A stretch of DNA of 64,000 bases from a bacterium (GTDB lineage Bacteria; Patescibacteriota; Minisyncoccia; JBBINA01), in the NCBI GenBank assembly GCA_037444125.1, contig JBBINA010000001.1:13961-77960 (forward strand), read 5' to 3'. Below the pieces are notes generated by a model. It ran no database searches. It was not told where the DNA came from and worked only from the letters and a program-made list of their open reading frames with translations. Below, one piece after another: positions 39,369 to 49,101 of the stretch. The position numbers and the translations under genes are program-made. Numbering within the stretch: the stretch's first letter is position 1; each line of letters starts with the position of its first letter.

Positions 39369-40583
39369 ATGAAGAGGTTTGTATGCTTGGTCGGTTTGCT
39401 CCCGTTTTTTGCTGGCATTAGCGCGGCGGCGCAGGTTCCGTGGGTTTTTGAGCGTCCGGGATTTGGCGGCGGACTTGATGTGAATATAATTAAATCCGGG
39501 CAATTCGTTGAAATCAGAACTACCCATGAAGCATTTCTTTGTGTTTATGGATTTTCGCTTGACCAAAAGATTATTGATTATAATGACCAGGTACCTGTGG
39601 CGGTATTAAGATACGCTGGATCTAAAACATTATTAAATCCTAAAAACGCAGTTTGGCTGCAAGTTATTGCTGTAAAGACTAGTCCAGTTTTTGAATGTGA
39701 TTCGCAACACTTAAGTTTCTTTAGAACACCTAATGAACTTAGTGATTGGATGCAGGTTTTAGCTAGAAGCATTCAAGAGTATGGCGTTTCTCTGTGGGCG
39801 GCTAGATTTATTTATTTAGGATCTGCGCAAGGTGAAGGAGCAAAAATTCAAGGAGCAGTGGAAAATCAAAACCCGACGCCCCTTGTTACTTGGAAGCCAC
39901 AGATTCCTTTTGTGGGCCAAGAAGTTATTTTCGATGCTTCTAATTCGTATGATTCAGATGGTGGGATTATTTGGGTAGGTTGGGATTTTGGTGATGATGG
40001 CATTTTTGATACTACTGGAACAAGCTTAAGCGTTAGTTTTCGTTTTCAATCTGCTGGTTATCAAAAAGTTAGGTTGACCTTAAAAGATAATCGCGGCGGG
40101 CAAGCTAGTACAGTTTTAACACTAAGGGTAAACCCCCTAAGAGCTGAGGAAGTTTTCAGTTATACGATTAATGCTGAGTGTGTAATTATTGATAGCGGCG
40201 GCGCCAAAGAATATGTCCTAGTAGAAAGCAAATATTATTCATTTAATGCCGGTTCTTCCAGTTTTCGAAGTATCGGTTGGGATTTTAATTTGGATGGACG
40301 AAATGACAGCCAGGCTGTGGCTATTATGTCTTTCCCTAAGGGAGTGCGGTATATTGCTATTAACGGTATAAATAGTACAGGTGAATATCGAGGCGAGCAG
40401 ATTAAGTTAAAGGTTGTCACCGTTTCAGAACTTTCGGTTTATTGTAGGGTAGATAAGATTTATCAACCACCCAGCAAACCATCAAAAACCCCTGTCCCCA
40501 TTAATTTTAAGACAATTGTGGCCGTTTTTATGGTTCTGCAAGTAGTAGGCATTGTTATTTGGGGAATTATTAATAAGAGTTAA
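39369..40583 (+). CDS. cell-surface PKD-domain protein with signal peptide and C-terminal TM anchor
   Basis: signal peptide, PKD motif FDASNSYDSDGGI..VGWDFGDDG, C-terminal hydrophobic anchor; SD AAGGAG 8 nt before ATG 39369. Confidence 0.7.
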   Translation: MKRFVCLVGLLPFFAGISAAAQVPWVFERPGFGGGLDVNIIKSGQFVEIRTTHEAFLCVYGFSLDQKIIDYNDQVPVAVLRYAGSKTLLNPKNAVWLQVIAVKTSPVFECDSQHLSFFRTPNELSDWMQVLARSIQEYGVSLWAARFIYLGSAQGEGAKIQGAVENQNPTPLVTWKPQIPFVGQEVIFDASNSYDSDGGIIWVGWDFGDDGIFDTTGTSLSVSFRFQSAGYQKVRLTLKDNRGGQASTVLTLRVNPLRAEEVFSYTINAECVIIDSGGAKEYVLVESKYYSFNAGSSSFRSIGWDFNLDGRNDSQAVAIMSFPKGVRYIAINGINSTGEYRGEQIKLKVVTVSELSVYCRVDKIYQPPSKPSKTPVPINFKTIVAVFMVLQVVGIVIWGIINKS

Positions 40584-40608
40584 GTTAAATATTTAGTTTG
40601 TAGCTTGA

Positions 40609-40640
40609 CGGAAGGAGTAGTTGTCCTTCCGTTTTTTGTT
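40609..40640 (+). terminator. rho-independent terminator (CGGAAGGA-N8-TCCTTCCG + T6)
   Basis: seen directly. Confidence 0.7.
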
Positions 40641-40647
40641 TACCCTC

Positions 40648-40675
40648 TTGACATTTTTATATGGTATGCTAGAAT
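40648..40675 (+). promoter_or_regulatory. sigma70-type promoter TTGACA-16-TAGAAT with TG extended -10
   Basis: seen directly; drives a ~150-nt leader ending in a hairpin/T-tract before CDS 40841. Confidence 0.55.
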
Positions 40676-40840
40676 AAAAACGTGAAAGTCCGAACCAACT
40701 CGATTATATTATAAAGATTTAGGTTTAAGGTGGTATTAGCAGGACGAGCGTTCGAACTTTTTTATTTTGTTCTCTGAAATTGGAATCTCGGGTGGCAATC
40801 CAAACAAACACAAATCAATCTTAAGGAGGATTGATAACCC

Positions 40841-41155
40841 ATGGCTCGAAAAACTGTTCAGCCCGGAGCTGTTCGTCAGACAATGACTTTGGAGGAGCCG
40901 ATTACTGTGGTTCAGTTGTCAGAAATCGACTCCGTAGGTTACTATGTTAACACGCAAACTGGTCTTGGTTTGCGGGTTGACAAGAATCTTCTTCAAGCCC
41001 TGAACATCGGCGGCCATGCTTTCGGACGTTTTGAGGCTAGCCCCGAAAATCAGGGATTGCTGCAGTTTGCCAAAATCAGTGGGGATCCGTTTATCCCCAG
41101 CGACGAAGCGGCTTTGCGCGCCGCTCGCGCTAGTCTGCCGGTCGCCTTCCAGTAG
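40841..41155 (+). CDS. hypothetical 104-aa protein in a compositionally foreign (~52% GC) gene
   Basis: strong SD AAGGAGG-10-ATG, GC-rich codons, followed by two terminators (GCGGGCT-t-AGCCCGC; CCCCAGCTTG-gtaca-CAAGCTGGGG+T5 at 41213-41245). Confidence 0.6.
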   Translation: MARKTVQPGAVRQTMTLEEPITVVQLSEIDSVGYYVNTQTGLGLRVDKNLLQALNIGGHAFGRFEASPENQGLLQFAKISGDPFIPSDEAALRAARASLPVAFQ

Positions 41156-41323
41156 TAAAATAGCGGGCTTAGCCCGCATCGTTTAGTCAAAAGCGCCACC
41201 CGAGGTTTCTTGCCCCAGCTTGGTACACAAGCTGGGGTTTTTCTTTATTCTAGAAAACTTGCGTCCTTAATATATTAGGTTTAGAATATTAGAGTTAGAA
41301 ATAAATTATAATTAATTTTACTT

Positions 41324-41686
41324 ATGGTTAATAAAATTTTTCTCGCCTCGGGAATTTTGGTTATTGTTATAATAGTTATAATAATTGTAGTAATTTTTAT
41401 GATAAAACAAAAAACTGAGAAATCGAATAGTTTTAGTAATTTGCCTATGGCAAATAAGGTAGTTGATTTTGCAGCCAAAGAATTAAAAGTTGGCCCCAAA
41501 GAAATTACGATCATTGAAATAAAAGAAGCCGAATGGCCTGATGCTTGTCTCGGCTTAGTAAAAGCCGGCGAGTTTTGTGCTCAAGTTATAACGCCGGGTT
41601 ATAGTGTCCTACTTCGCGCAAGGTCTATAGAGTATCGTTATCGTACAGATAAAGAGGGCATAGTTATTATTCAAGATACAAGATAA
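41324..41686 (+). CDS. hypothetical membrane-anchored protein
   Basis: N-terminal TM helix then ~80-aa domain with 2 Cys. Confidence 0.45.
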   Translation: MVNKIFLASGILVIVIIVIIIVVIFMIKQKTEKSNSFSNLPMANKVVDFAAKELKVGPKEITIIEIKEAEWPDACLGLVKAGEFCAQVITPGYSVLLRARSIEYRYRTDKEGIVIIQDTR

Positions 41687-41735
41687 ATAATAAGGCTAAT
41701 TAAAATTCTTTTGCCTTTTGCTTAACATATGTCTA

Positions 41736-41764
41736 TTGACATATTTATCTTTATGTGTTAATAT
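41736..41764 (+). promoter_or_regulatory. sigma70-type promoter TTGACA-17-TAATAT
   Basis: seen directly, ~50 nt upstream of ATG 41816. Confidence 0.5.
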
Positions 41765-41815
41765 ATATAAGTTAAGGTTGTTCATTAAAAAACAAGATTT
41801 AAAGAGGTGAAAGCA

Positions 41816-42229
41816 ATGGCGCGATATCGACAGAAGTTTACGCCTGAGTGTGTTGACAGTTGGTGGGAGGCCCTTGATGATTATCCGGAGACTATGCGGT
41901 TTCTGTGGGCTGTTATTAATCATTATAATTGCGGCGATATAGAAGATGCAGTTGATACATTTAAAAGAAATTTTGGTTTAAAACACTTTAGCCACAATGA
42001 TTTTGAGTTTTTGATGAGCGGTAGGTTGCCAGCACATATTGATACGCGGCTTAATCTTGATACCATTCCTAGCAACAGATGGAATCCCGAACGAGAGGCA
42101 ATGCACGAGTTTATAGCCGAAAAATTGTGTGAAGTTCTGTCAGAAACTTTTCGGTCGCCTTGCAGCGAGAAAGAACGAGAGCGCTGGAAGGTTCTTAGAA
42201 GACTTTGGATAGCGTTTTTAAAGTTATAG
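41816..42229 (+). CDS. hypothetical protein (elevated GC ~43%)
   Basis: 137 aa from the ATG preceded by AAGAGGTG. Confidence 0.5.
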   Translation: MARYRQKFTPECVDSWWEALDDYPETMRFLWAVINHYNCGDIEDAVDTFKRNFGLKHFSHNDFEFLMSGRLPAHIDTRLNLDTIPSNRWNPEREAMHEFIAEKLCEVLSETFRSPCSEKERERWKVLRRLWIAFLKL

Positions 42230-42267
42230 AAATGGTCGTAGGAATGAAACCTTAAAGGAGGTTTCAA

Positions 42268-42762
42268 ATGGCAAAAATTGTTCTTGTAATTGGGATGATA
42301 TGTGGTTTTCTTGCGATTATATTTTTTTGGCAAGGCGGAGTTTTTGAACAGGATCGAGAACTTCGATTTAACTTTAACTTGCCGACAAATTTTGAGGTTT
42401 TCGAGCCAACTTCTGTGAGGTCGCATACTATGACTGATATACCTTTGGAAGAAGAGGCATTTTGGGAAAAATCTCAAAATAAATTAGTATTCGTTATTTA
42501 CCAACCGCGGTGTAGCAAGGATGATTTATGGTTTTTGGAATATGCGTTTTACGAGGGAAGCGTCCGGTTTTACACAAGAAAAGAAATTGTTTTAAGTTCT
42601 ATTTGGTGTCAGAATTTTGGATTTGTGCCAAAATTAGATAAAGGTGTTTTGATTTTTAGCCAAGAGCGGGTTGAATATTTTGTTTATTTCCTCGGGGTGG
42701 TTTTCTTGGTTGTTTTCGTAGTATTTGCTTCGATAGTGTTACTGGTACCATTGTTGGGCTAG
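42268..42762 (+). CDS. hypothetical membrane protein
   Basis: N- and C-terminal TM helices; strong SD AAAGGAGGT; followed by terminator GGCCTGTCC-N14-GGACAGGCC+T5 (42772-42808). Confidence 0.5.
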   Translation: MAKIVLVIGMICGFLAIIFFWQGGVFEQDRELRFNFNLPTNFEVFEPTSVRSHTMTDIPLEEEAFWEKSQNKLVFVIYQPRCSKDDLWFLEYAFYEGSVRFYTRKEIVLSSIWCQNFGFVPKLDKGVLIFSQERVEYFVYFLGVVFLVVFVVFASIVLLVPLLG

Positions 42763-42832
42763 TTGTCTAGTGGCCTGTCCGCAGTTGATTTTGTGGACAG
42801 GCCTTTTTAATATTTTAAAAACCAGATTAAAA

Positions 42833-43749
42833 TCAATCGGCGAAAATAGCTAAAACTAGCGGCACGGCGATTAGCGAAAAAATCGTTGAAGTAAGTATAG
42901 CCATACTTACTGCTTTTGTGTCAAGATTAAATCTTTGTGCTATGACGAATGTGGTTACTGCTGTTGGCATAGAGGATAAAAGCAGAGGAATCCTAATATC
43001 CGGAGTTCTAAAGACAAATAGGGCAATTAAGACTGTTATAAAGGGAAATAAAAGCATTTTGGTTATACTTATTATTAAGATTAAACTCATATTTTTTGTT
43101 TGAAATTTGCCGTATAAAAACTACCCAACAAAAAAAGGGCTAGTGGCGAGGCGGTTTGGCCGAGCATATTAAGGGTTTTTTGGAAGGCTTGTTCTAATTG
43201 AGTATCTGTTTTGACGAAACTTAAGACGGCGCCAATTGCAATCGAAATAACCAGCGGATTCTTGGCAAATTCAAATACTTCGTTTTGAATATTATTTTGA
43301 TGTTTATCGTGCCAGTAGTAAATGACAAATATTGAAGTCAAAATTGGAATTACCAAATAAAGATTGCCGATAATAGCGGCTGTGGGTAGGTGATTTTTCC
43401 CGAATCCAAATTCAACCAGCGGAAAGCCCATATAGATTGTATTGCCGGTAATGGCAGCAAGAAATAGGGCAGATTTGAGACTGTTTTTAATTTTAGCAAT
43501 TGATAGGACAAAAAAAACAATAAGTGAAAAAACAAAAAGCGTTATTAAGCCAAAAACAAAATGCCGATGAAGATTTGTGTCGGTTAGGTTAAGGTTCCAT
43601 AAGCTGACTATTACTAGTGCTGGAAGCGAAACATAATAGGCAAAAATATTTAAAATATGGACCCAGGAGTTGTCGGCAAGTTTAAGTTTTCGAAAGAGCC
43701 AGCCGGCGAAAATTATAAGAAATAGAGGCAGAGAAATAAAAAATGGCAT
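42833..43749 (-). CDS. auxin efflux carrier (AEC) family transporter, split by a 1-nt frameshift in the central loop
   Basis: ORFs 43087..43749 and 42833..43090 overlap in ATGA; they fuse if the A6/T6 run at 43093-43098 is one nt longer; two 5-TM halves typical of the AEC/Mem_trans family. Confidence 0.7.
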
Positions 43750-43853
43750 AATTAATGGAAATTAGAGGGAATGGTTAATCATTATACCGAAAGGATTAAA
43801 AATTAAAAGCAGAAAGTTGATTTTTTAAATTTTGGGTGTTTATAATTTAAATT

Positions 43854-44411
43854 ATGAAGAGAATATATTTTGGGGTTATAGCCGTAACTATTTTAATCAG
43901 CTTGGCAGCTGTTTTAAATATTAATCGAAAGTTTTCCCAAACAGATTTAATTTCTAAAAATAATAATATGAAAATTTCAAGCCCGGTTTTTTTAAATAGC
44001 GAAACCATACCGGCAAAATATACTTGCGATGGCGAAAATGTTAATCCTCCTCTCCTAATTGAAGGAGCGCCGCTTGAAGCTAAAAGTCTAGTTTTAATTG
44101 TTGATGATCCGGATGCGCCTATGGGGACTTGGACCCATTGGACTGTTTGGAATATAAATCCAGACACGAGAGAAATTTCAGAAAACAGCGTTCCTCCGGG
44201 CGCAGTTCAGGGAAAAACAAGTTTTGGAAAACCAGGTTATGGCGGACCATGCCCGCCTTCGGGAACACATCGTTATTTTTTTAGAGTATACGCTCTAGAT
44301 AAATTGTTAGATTTGAGTTCAACGGCTACTATTAATGATATTAAAAGAGCCATGCAAAATCATATATTAGATAGTGGCGAATTTTTTGGCATCTACTCGC
44401 GCAAAAAATAA
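43854..44411 (+). CDS. YbhB/YbcL (PEBP/Raf-kinase-inhibitor-like) family protein with signal peptide
   Basis: DPDAP...WTHW motif. Confidence 0.85.
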   Translation: MKRIYFGVIAVTILISLAAVLNINRKFSQTDLISKNNNMKISSPVFLNSETIPAKYTCDGENVNPPLLIEGAPLEAKSLVLIVDDPDAPMGTWTHWTVWNINPDTREISENSVPPGAVQGKTSFGKPGYGGPCPPSGTHRYFFRVYALDKLLDLSSTATINDIKRAMQNHILDSGEFFGIYSRKK

Positions 44412-44482
44412 AAAAATTGATATATATTTTACAACCTGCTATAATGATAAAAATAGGATTTAATACCTAAATAAAAAAATAT

Positions 44483-46258
44483 ATGAAGCGTTTATTTGGA
44501 ATATTAAGCACAGTGCTTTTATTAATTGCAGTCGCAAAAGTGGTTTTTGCTGGTAATGATCTCCAACCAGTTGAGTTTGCGACTGGACGTATTATTCTAA
44601 AGTTCAAAAATAATGTTGGCCTAGGTGAGCAAATATCTTTATTCAAAAAACTTGGCTTAGAAAAAATCGACATTTTTAAAAAATTGGACTATCAGCTTAT
44701 GAAAGTAAAGCCCGGCAGTGAACAGAATTTAATTGCGCAATTGAGAGATAATCCTTTAGTTGATAAAGTTGAGCTTGACGGAGTTGTTAGAGTATTTATG
44801 ACAACAAATGATCCTTTAATTTCGCAGCAGTGGGGTCTTTTTAAAGCCAAATTTGCTGATCCAGGTACAAGTGCCTGGGATATTAATAAAGGTAGTACAT
44901 CTATTAAAATTGCTATTTTAGATACAGGGATAGATCAAAATCATGAAGATTTAGTGAGCAAGATTGTGGTAAATAAGAATTTTACCACCAGTTCAACTGT
45001 TGATGATTTATATGGTCATGGCACTCATGTGGCGGGTATTGCCGCGGCAGTAATTAATAATAATATTGGCGTGGCCGGTTCTGGTTATAATTCAGTACTA
45101 ATGAATGTTAAGGTATTGGATGATCGTGGCTCTGGTTATTACTCATGGGTGGCTAATGGTATTATCTGGGCTGTTGATAATGGCGCTAAGGTGATTAATA
45201 TGAGTTTGGGCGGTTCAATGGCTTCGTCAATTTTGGAGGATGCTATTAATTATGCCTGGAGTAAGGGTGCGGTAGTAGTGGCAGCAGCGGGTAATGATGG
45301 TTCTGATGCTCCCAGTTACCCAGCTTATTATACTAATGCGATTGCCGTTGCCGCTACAGATAGTAGTGATTTGAAAACTAGTTGGTCAAATTATGGTAGT
45401 TGGGTTGATGTGGCTGCGCCAGGTTCTTCGATTTATTCAACTTTACCTAATCATAGCAATCGAATTGGCAAAAGAAACTATGGCTCACTTTCAGGTACTT
45501 CTATGGCTGCGCCTTATGTGGCAGGCTTGGCTGGATTAGTTTGGGCGAGTGGTTTATGTTCGAATAATACTTGCGTAAGGAATCAAATAGAATCGACCAG
45601 TGATTCAGTTCCTGGTACTGGATTATATTGGACCTATGGTCGTATTAATGCACTTAATGCTTTAGGTGGAGTTAGTCTGCCTCAGCATTATGCCCTTGAA
45701 GTATTCAAAAATGGCAATGGCAATGGTAGTGTTATAAGCGAACCCTTAGGTATTGATTGTGGCGGTGATTGCGTGGAAGAATATTTGGGAGTAACAGTTG
45801 TCAGCTTGACCGCCATAGCTGATAGCGATTCAGTTTTTGTTGGATGGTCTGGTGATTGTACAGGTACAGAAAATGTATGTGTTTTGGTTTTAGATTCAAA
45901 TAGCCAAGTTAAAGCTACATTCAACAACATAAATTCGCCAAGTCCAACGAGTATGGTTGTGCAGTCAGTTGACTATGTTAAATACGGTGGTCGTCAAAAT
46001 AACCGGAATATAGATATCATCATTTCTGTGGTAGATAATTTAGGTGGCCCGTTAGAAGGTGCAGCTCTTTCAATACTTTTAACCAATACTACTTGGGGCA
46101 TTAGTTGGAGCGGTAAAGGTACAACGAATAGTAATGGGAAGGTAACTTTTACCTTAAAAAACGCGTTTTCGGGTTGTTATGTTGTAACCGTGACTGAATT
46201 AGTTAAATCTGGTTTATCATGGGATAACATTACGCCACCTAACGGTGTTTGCAAGTAA
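44483..46258 (+). CDS. secreted subtilisin-like serine protease (S8) with C-terminal extension
   Basis: signal peptide, I9-like propeptide, catalytic triad motifs ILDTGID, HGTHVAG, GTSMAAPYVAG. Confidence 0.92.
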   Translation: MKRLFGILSTVLLLIAVAKVVFAGNDLQPVEFATGRIILKFKNNVGLGEQISLFKKLGLEKIDIFKKLDYQLMKVKPGSEQNLIAQLRDNPLVDKVELDGVVRVFMTTNDPLISQQWGLFKAKFADPGTSAWDINKGSTSIKIAILDTGIDQNHEDLVSKIVVNKNFTTSSTVDDLYGHGTHVAGIAAAVINNNIGVAGSGYNSVLMNVKVLDDRGSGYYSWVANGIIWAVDNGAKVINMSLGGSMASSILEDAINYAWSKGAVVVAAAGNDGSDAPSYPAYYTNAIAVAATDSSDLKTSWSNYGSWVDVAAPGSSIYSTLPNHSNRIGKRNYGSLSGTSMAAPYVAGLAGLVWASGLCSNNTCVRNQIESTSDSVPGTGLYWTYGRINALNALGGVSLPQHYALEVFKNGNGNGSVISEPLGIDCGGDCVEEYLGVTVVSLTAIADSDSVFVGWSGDCTGTENVCVLVLDSNSQVKATFNNINSPSPTSMVVQSVDYVKYGGRQNNRNIDIIISVVDNLGGPLEGAALSILLTNTTWGISWSGKGTTNSNGKVTFTLKNAFSGCYVVTVTELVKSGLSWDNITPPNGVCK

Positions 46259-46307
46259 AAATTTTCCAAGATTGCTTTAAACAGGTATTTATTATATTAT
46301 TGTTTTT

Positions 46308-46697
46308 ATGAAGATTTTATTTACTGTCTTATTGTCAATTATTTATCTCTTGTTTGCAATTTTTGGTTTAGCTATACAAAGTTTCGATAATACACATCAT
46401 CTAGCAGGGAGGTGTTTGTCTGTAATTATTAATGGCTATGGTTGTCCTAACCCAACTGATGATTATGGTTCGGCTAATTTCCATATTAAGGCTTTTAAGA
46501 CATTTTCAATGGGTTTCGTGGATGATTGGGGCTTTGAAAATGTAAAGTTGGCTTTTTTTATCATATTAGTTTTTGTGTTTTTAGTAAGCGCTAGTAGATT
46601 TTTTCAAAAATTTGTTTCCACGGCATTATTTATCTATAATTTAACTTTCCTATCCTGGTTATCTTTATTTCGGCTTAGTCCAACTTTAAAGCATTGA
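46308..46697 (+). CDS. hypothetical membrane protein
   Basis: 129 aa, hydrophobic N and C segments. Confidence 0.35.
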   Translation: MKILFTVLLSIIYLLFAIFGLAIQSFDNTHHLAGRCLSVIINGYGCPNPTDDYGSANFHIKAFKTFSMGFVDDWGFENVKLAFFIILVFVFLVSASRFFQKFVSTALFIYNLTFLSWLSLFRLSPTLKH

Positions 46698-46779
46698 TCA
46701 GGGAAACCTAGTTGTTAGGTTGTCTTCTGGTCAATAAAGACCTTTTTAGAAAGGTTTTTTTAACTTTTGAGCTAATTTT

Positions 46780-47280
46780 ATGAATAAACTAAAAAATGTA
46801 GGATTGTATATAGCCTGTATCGGATTGCTTATTACGTTTTTATTGTGGTTGGGCAAGCCAGGCGAATCAGTTGATTCGGGGCAAGTAAATAAAAATCCCA
46901 CCGAGGTATTCCAAACAAATGAGCGAGAATTTGATTTTGGCACAATTTCTATGGCTAAAGGTAAGGTTAGGCACACTTTTGTATTAACGAATAAGACTGC
47001 CAGCGATATTATCCTTAAGAAAATATATACTTCTTGTATGTGTACTACAGCTTTTTATGTAAGTAATCGTAAGCGATATGGACCTTTTGGTATGCCTGGC
47101 CATGGTTTGACTCCAAGCATTAATGAGCAAATTGAATCAGGTCAATCTTTTAATCTTGAAGTGGAGTTTGATCCAGCGGCTCATGGCTCGGCTGGAATTG
47201 GAGCTGTTAAGAGAATAGTTTATCTTGAAACAGTGGCAGGAAGGCAAGAGATAGTGGTTCGGGCCATAGTTACACCTTAG
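46780..47280 (+). CDS. DUF1573 domain protein
   Basis: N-terminal anchor; FDFGTI...V.H.F.LTN...IILKKIYTSCMCTT pattern typical of DUF1573. Confidence 0.65.
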   Translation: MNKLKNVGLYIACIGLLITFLLWLGKPGESVDSGQVNKNPTEVFQTNEREFDFGTISMAKGKVRHTFVLTNKTASDIILKKIYTSCMCTTAFYVSNRKRYGPFGMPGHGLTPSINEQIESGQSFNLEVEFDPAAHGSAGIGAVKRIVYLETVAGRQEIVVRAIVTP

Positions 47281-47335
47281 TTATGAGTAATGTTTTATAT
47301 TTTATGCGTTCCATTTTAAAATTTAACCTGTATTT

Positions 47336-48214
47336 ATGAAAGATAAATTTCTAATCATAAGATTGATTTTAGCCGCGGTAGTTATTGTTACCGTTAGTAT
47401 AGCGGTGAAAAATTCAATTCTTAAATCAAGTAAAGTGAATACCAGTGATACTTTATCTTTAGAGCAACAGGATAAGGTTTTGCCTTTAGAGGGCGTTGTT
47501 TTGCCAATTTCTTGGCGCGATCTTGGGAAGAAATTAGTAGATAGCGGCACTATTGATTTGGAAAAATTCCAGGCGCTTTATAAAACAAGCGGAGAACAAG
47601 AGGAATTAATTAAAAAACTTCTTACTCAATCATTTGATGAAGCTTTAGTGATGACTCAAAACAATTCGGGCGTCTTGCTGAATATACTCTGGGCTTTTGG
47701 TTTAGCGAATAAAAATAGAATTCTTGAAGAGGGGCCAATTATGGATTCTAAATACGGCGGTGCCGGCAGGTTTGCTTCTACGGGCGGTTGGACTTTAGCC
47801 AAAGGTAACCCAATGAATCATTATTCTAAACATAGGTTTATAGTTTTGACCGAACAACAACAAGAGTTAGTTGAGAGAGTTTCAAAAAATATTTATCGAC
47901 CGTGCTGTAGCAATGCAACGTATTTCCCAGATTGTAATCATGGTATGGCAATGTTGGGACTGCTTGAGTTAATGGCGGCAAATAATGTTGCTGAAGACAA
48001 AATCTATCAAATAGCTTTAAAAGTTAATTCTTATTGGTTTCCTTCGACTTATTTAACTCTTAGTAAATATTTCGAAAGTAAAGGAATTGCTTGGGATAAT
48101 ATTGATCCTAAAGAAGTGCTTGGTTATAATTTCTCAAGTGCTGCAGGTTATCAGCGTGTGTTGGCCGAGATTGAACCGGTTAGAGAACAGGGTGGAGGAA
48201 GTTGTGGGGTTTAA
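47336..48214 (+). CDS. hypothetical secreted cysteine-rich protein
   Basis: N-terminal anchor; RPCCSNATYFPDCNHG cluster, C-terminal GGGSCGV. Confidence 0.5.
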   Translation: MKDKFLIIRLILAAVVIVTVSIAVKNSILKSSKVNTSDTLSLEQQDKVLPLEGVVLPISWRDLGKKLVDSGTIDLEKFQALYKTSGEQEELIKKLLTQSFDEALVMTQNNSGVLLNILWAFGLANKNRILEEGPIMDSKYGGAGRFASTGGWTLAKGNPMNHYSKHRFIVLTEQQQELVERVSKNIYRPCCSNATYFPDCNHGMAMLGLLELMAANNVAEDKIYQIALKVNSYWFPSTYLTLSKYFESKGIAWDNIDPKEVLGYNFSSAAGYQRVLAEIEPVREQGGGSCGV

Positions 48215-48257
48215 ACATTCATTGTAATCTTAAATATTTTTAACTATAATTAAACTT

Positions 48258-49055
48258 ATGAGCATCGATAAATTTAAAATAAGGACTGGCTTTATAGTTG
48301 GTCTAGGAATTATTTTTATTCTTTTTTTTCTTGTTCTTAAATATAATAATTCGACAACTCAAACTTTATGGAACTTGAGTCAAGGAGGTAAATGGTTATT
48401 GCCTTTGGTTTTAACTTCAGCAGTTATTGATAGTGTTAATCCTTGTGCTATTTCAGTATTATTGTTAACTGTTGCCTTTCTTTTTAGCATTGGTAGGTTA
48501 AGAGCCAATATTTTGCGTGTGGGTAGTTCCTATATTTTGGGGTTATTAATTGTTTATGTATTGATTGGTTTAGGGATTTTGCAGGCGCTTCATTTTTTTA
48601 ACACACCCAACTTTATGGCTAAACTGGGGGCGATGTTGCTTATTGTTTTAGGTGTGATTAACTTAATTAATCACTATATACCTAGTTTCCCTATCAAACT
48701 TAAAATTCCAGTAGCTTCTCATAAGACAATGGGTATTTTGATGGAAAAAGCGTCGATTCCAACCGCTTTTTTGTTGGGCGGTTTAGTTGGATTATGCGAA
48801 TTTCCCTGCACCGGCGGACCTTATCTTATGGTTTTGGGTTTACTACATGATAAAGTGACTTATTACAAAGGTCTTGTTTATCTTATAATCTATAATTTGA
48901 TTTTTATTACGCCGTTAGTCATTATTCTGCTGCTAGCAAGCGATAAGATAGTGCTTGATAAATTGGCTCAATGGAAAAAAGAAAAAACAGGTATGCTTAA
49001 GTTAATCAGCGGTATTGCGATGATTTTTTTAGGGATTTTGATTTTTCTCATTTAA
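48258..49055 (+). CDS. CcdA/DsbD-like thiol-disulfide transporter (cytochrome c biogenesis DsbD_2 family)
   Basis: polytopic; conserved Cys motifs NPCA and FPCTGGPY. Confidence 0.72.
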   Translation: MSIDKFKIRTGFIVGLGIIFILFFLVLKYNNSTTQTLWNLSQGGKWLLPLVLTSAVIDSVNPCAISVLLLTVAFLFSIGRLRANILRVGSSYILGLLIVYVLIGLGILQALHFFNTPNFMAKLGAMLLIVLGVINLINHYIPSFPIKLKIPVASHKTMGILMEKASIPTAFLLGGLVGLCEFPCTGGPYLMVLGLLHDKVTYYKGLVYLIIYNLIFITPLVIILLLASDKIVLDKLAQWKKEKTGMLKLISGIAMIFLGILIFLI

Positions 49056-49101
49056 CCATTTACTTGAAGATTGTTAACTAATTAATAAATAAGCAAATTT
49101 T

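Noticed and set aside
40684-40700. RNase P RNA P4-like GAAAGTCCG word in the leader of ORF 40841
   Set aside because: Only a 9-nt match; the region is far too short (~150 nt) for RNase P RNA and lacks the other conserved helices
41923-42477. 184-aa minus-strand ORF spanning two plus-strand genes
   Set aside because: Antisense to two SD-preceded plus-strand ORFs and crosses their intergenic promoter/RBS; no SD or promoter of its own
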